This document shows positions 63,688 through 63,750 of a DNA stretch of 63,750 nucleotides, piece after piece (the first letter of the stretch is position 1; every line of letters begins with the position of its first letter). The notes beneath the pieces are model-generated. The model worked only from the letters and a program-made list of their open reading frames with translations. It ran no database searches and had not been told where the DNA came from. Both the position numbers and the translations under genes were made by a program. The stretch is from a virus (Duplodnaviria; Caudoviricetes): positions 1 through 63,750 of IMG/VR virus record IMGVR_UViG_3300044630_001179. One strand, written 5' to 3'.

Positions 63688-63750
63688 TACAATTGAATTA
63701 CCAAAGTGCGTTAATAAGAGTTGCTGTTGTTGAAGTGCTTCTTAGTTTTA
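63624..63750. repeat. 127-bp terminal direct repeat (copy 2)
   Basis: Identical to 1-127. Confidence 0.95.

Noticed and set aside
3152-63733. Numerous short antisense ORFs in the ORF track nested in long genes
   Set aside because: Shadow ORFs opposite well-supported genes with no independent evidence
1-63750. Integrase or lysogeny module
   Set aside because: No tyrosine or serine recombinase, CI-like repressor or ParA motif recognised; lifestyle cannot be settled from this alone

Overview
The window is an essentially complete, circularly assembled ~63.6-kb tailed dsDNA phage genome; bases 1-127 are repeated exactly at 63624-63750. The host is probably in the Bacteroidota, given TAnnTTTG promoters, A-rich translation starts lacking Shine-Dalgarno motifs, and a crAss-like/Flavobacteria-phage-type head and short-tail module. 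The + strand (5.8-21.6 kb) carries early and replication genes: amidoligase-like protein, Ntn glutamine amidotransferase-GGCT fusion, DnaA-C-like HTH, Sak-like annealing protein, RecE-like exonuclease, SSB, primase-helicase, DNA methyltransferase, SF2 helicase and VRR-NUC. The - strand carries GroEL/GroES, lysis genes, a 2469-aa tail fibre, a glycosyltransferase/sulfotransferase/APS-kinase/nucleotidyltransferase cassette, terminase, portal, scaffold, major capsid, tail and ejection proteins. The most striking non-coding signal is three complete, co-varying type III hammerhead ribozymes (7391-7443, 8144-8195, 9954-10004). Each lies just after a stop codon and directly behind an invariant 16-bp palindrome, GTGTCTTCAAAGACAC. 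I found 11 exact copies of that palindrome genome-wide, and one precedes an aberrant tRNA-like RNA. This suggests a ribozyme-based system for cutting up, and possibly circularising, the early transcript. Protein assignments come from motif recognition by eye; no database searches were run.
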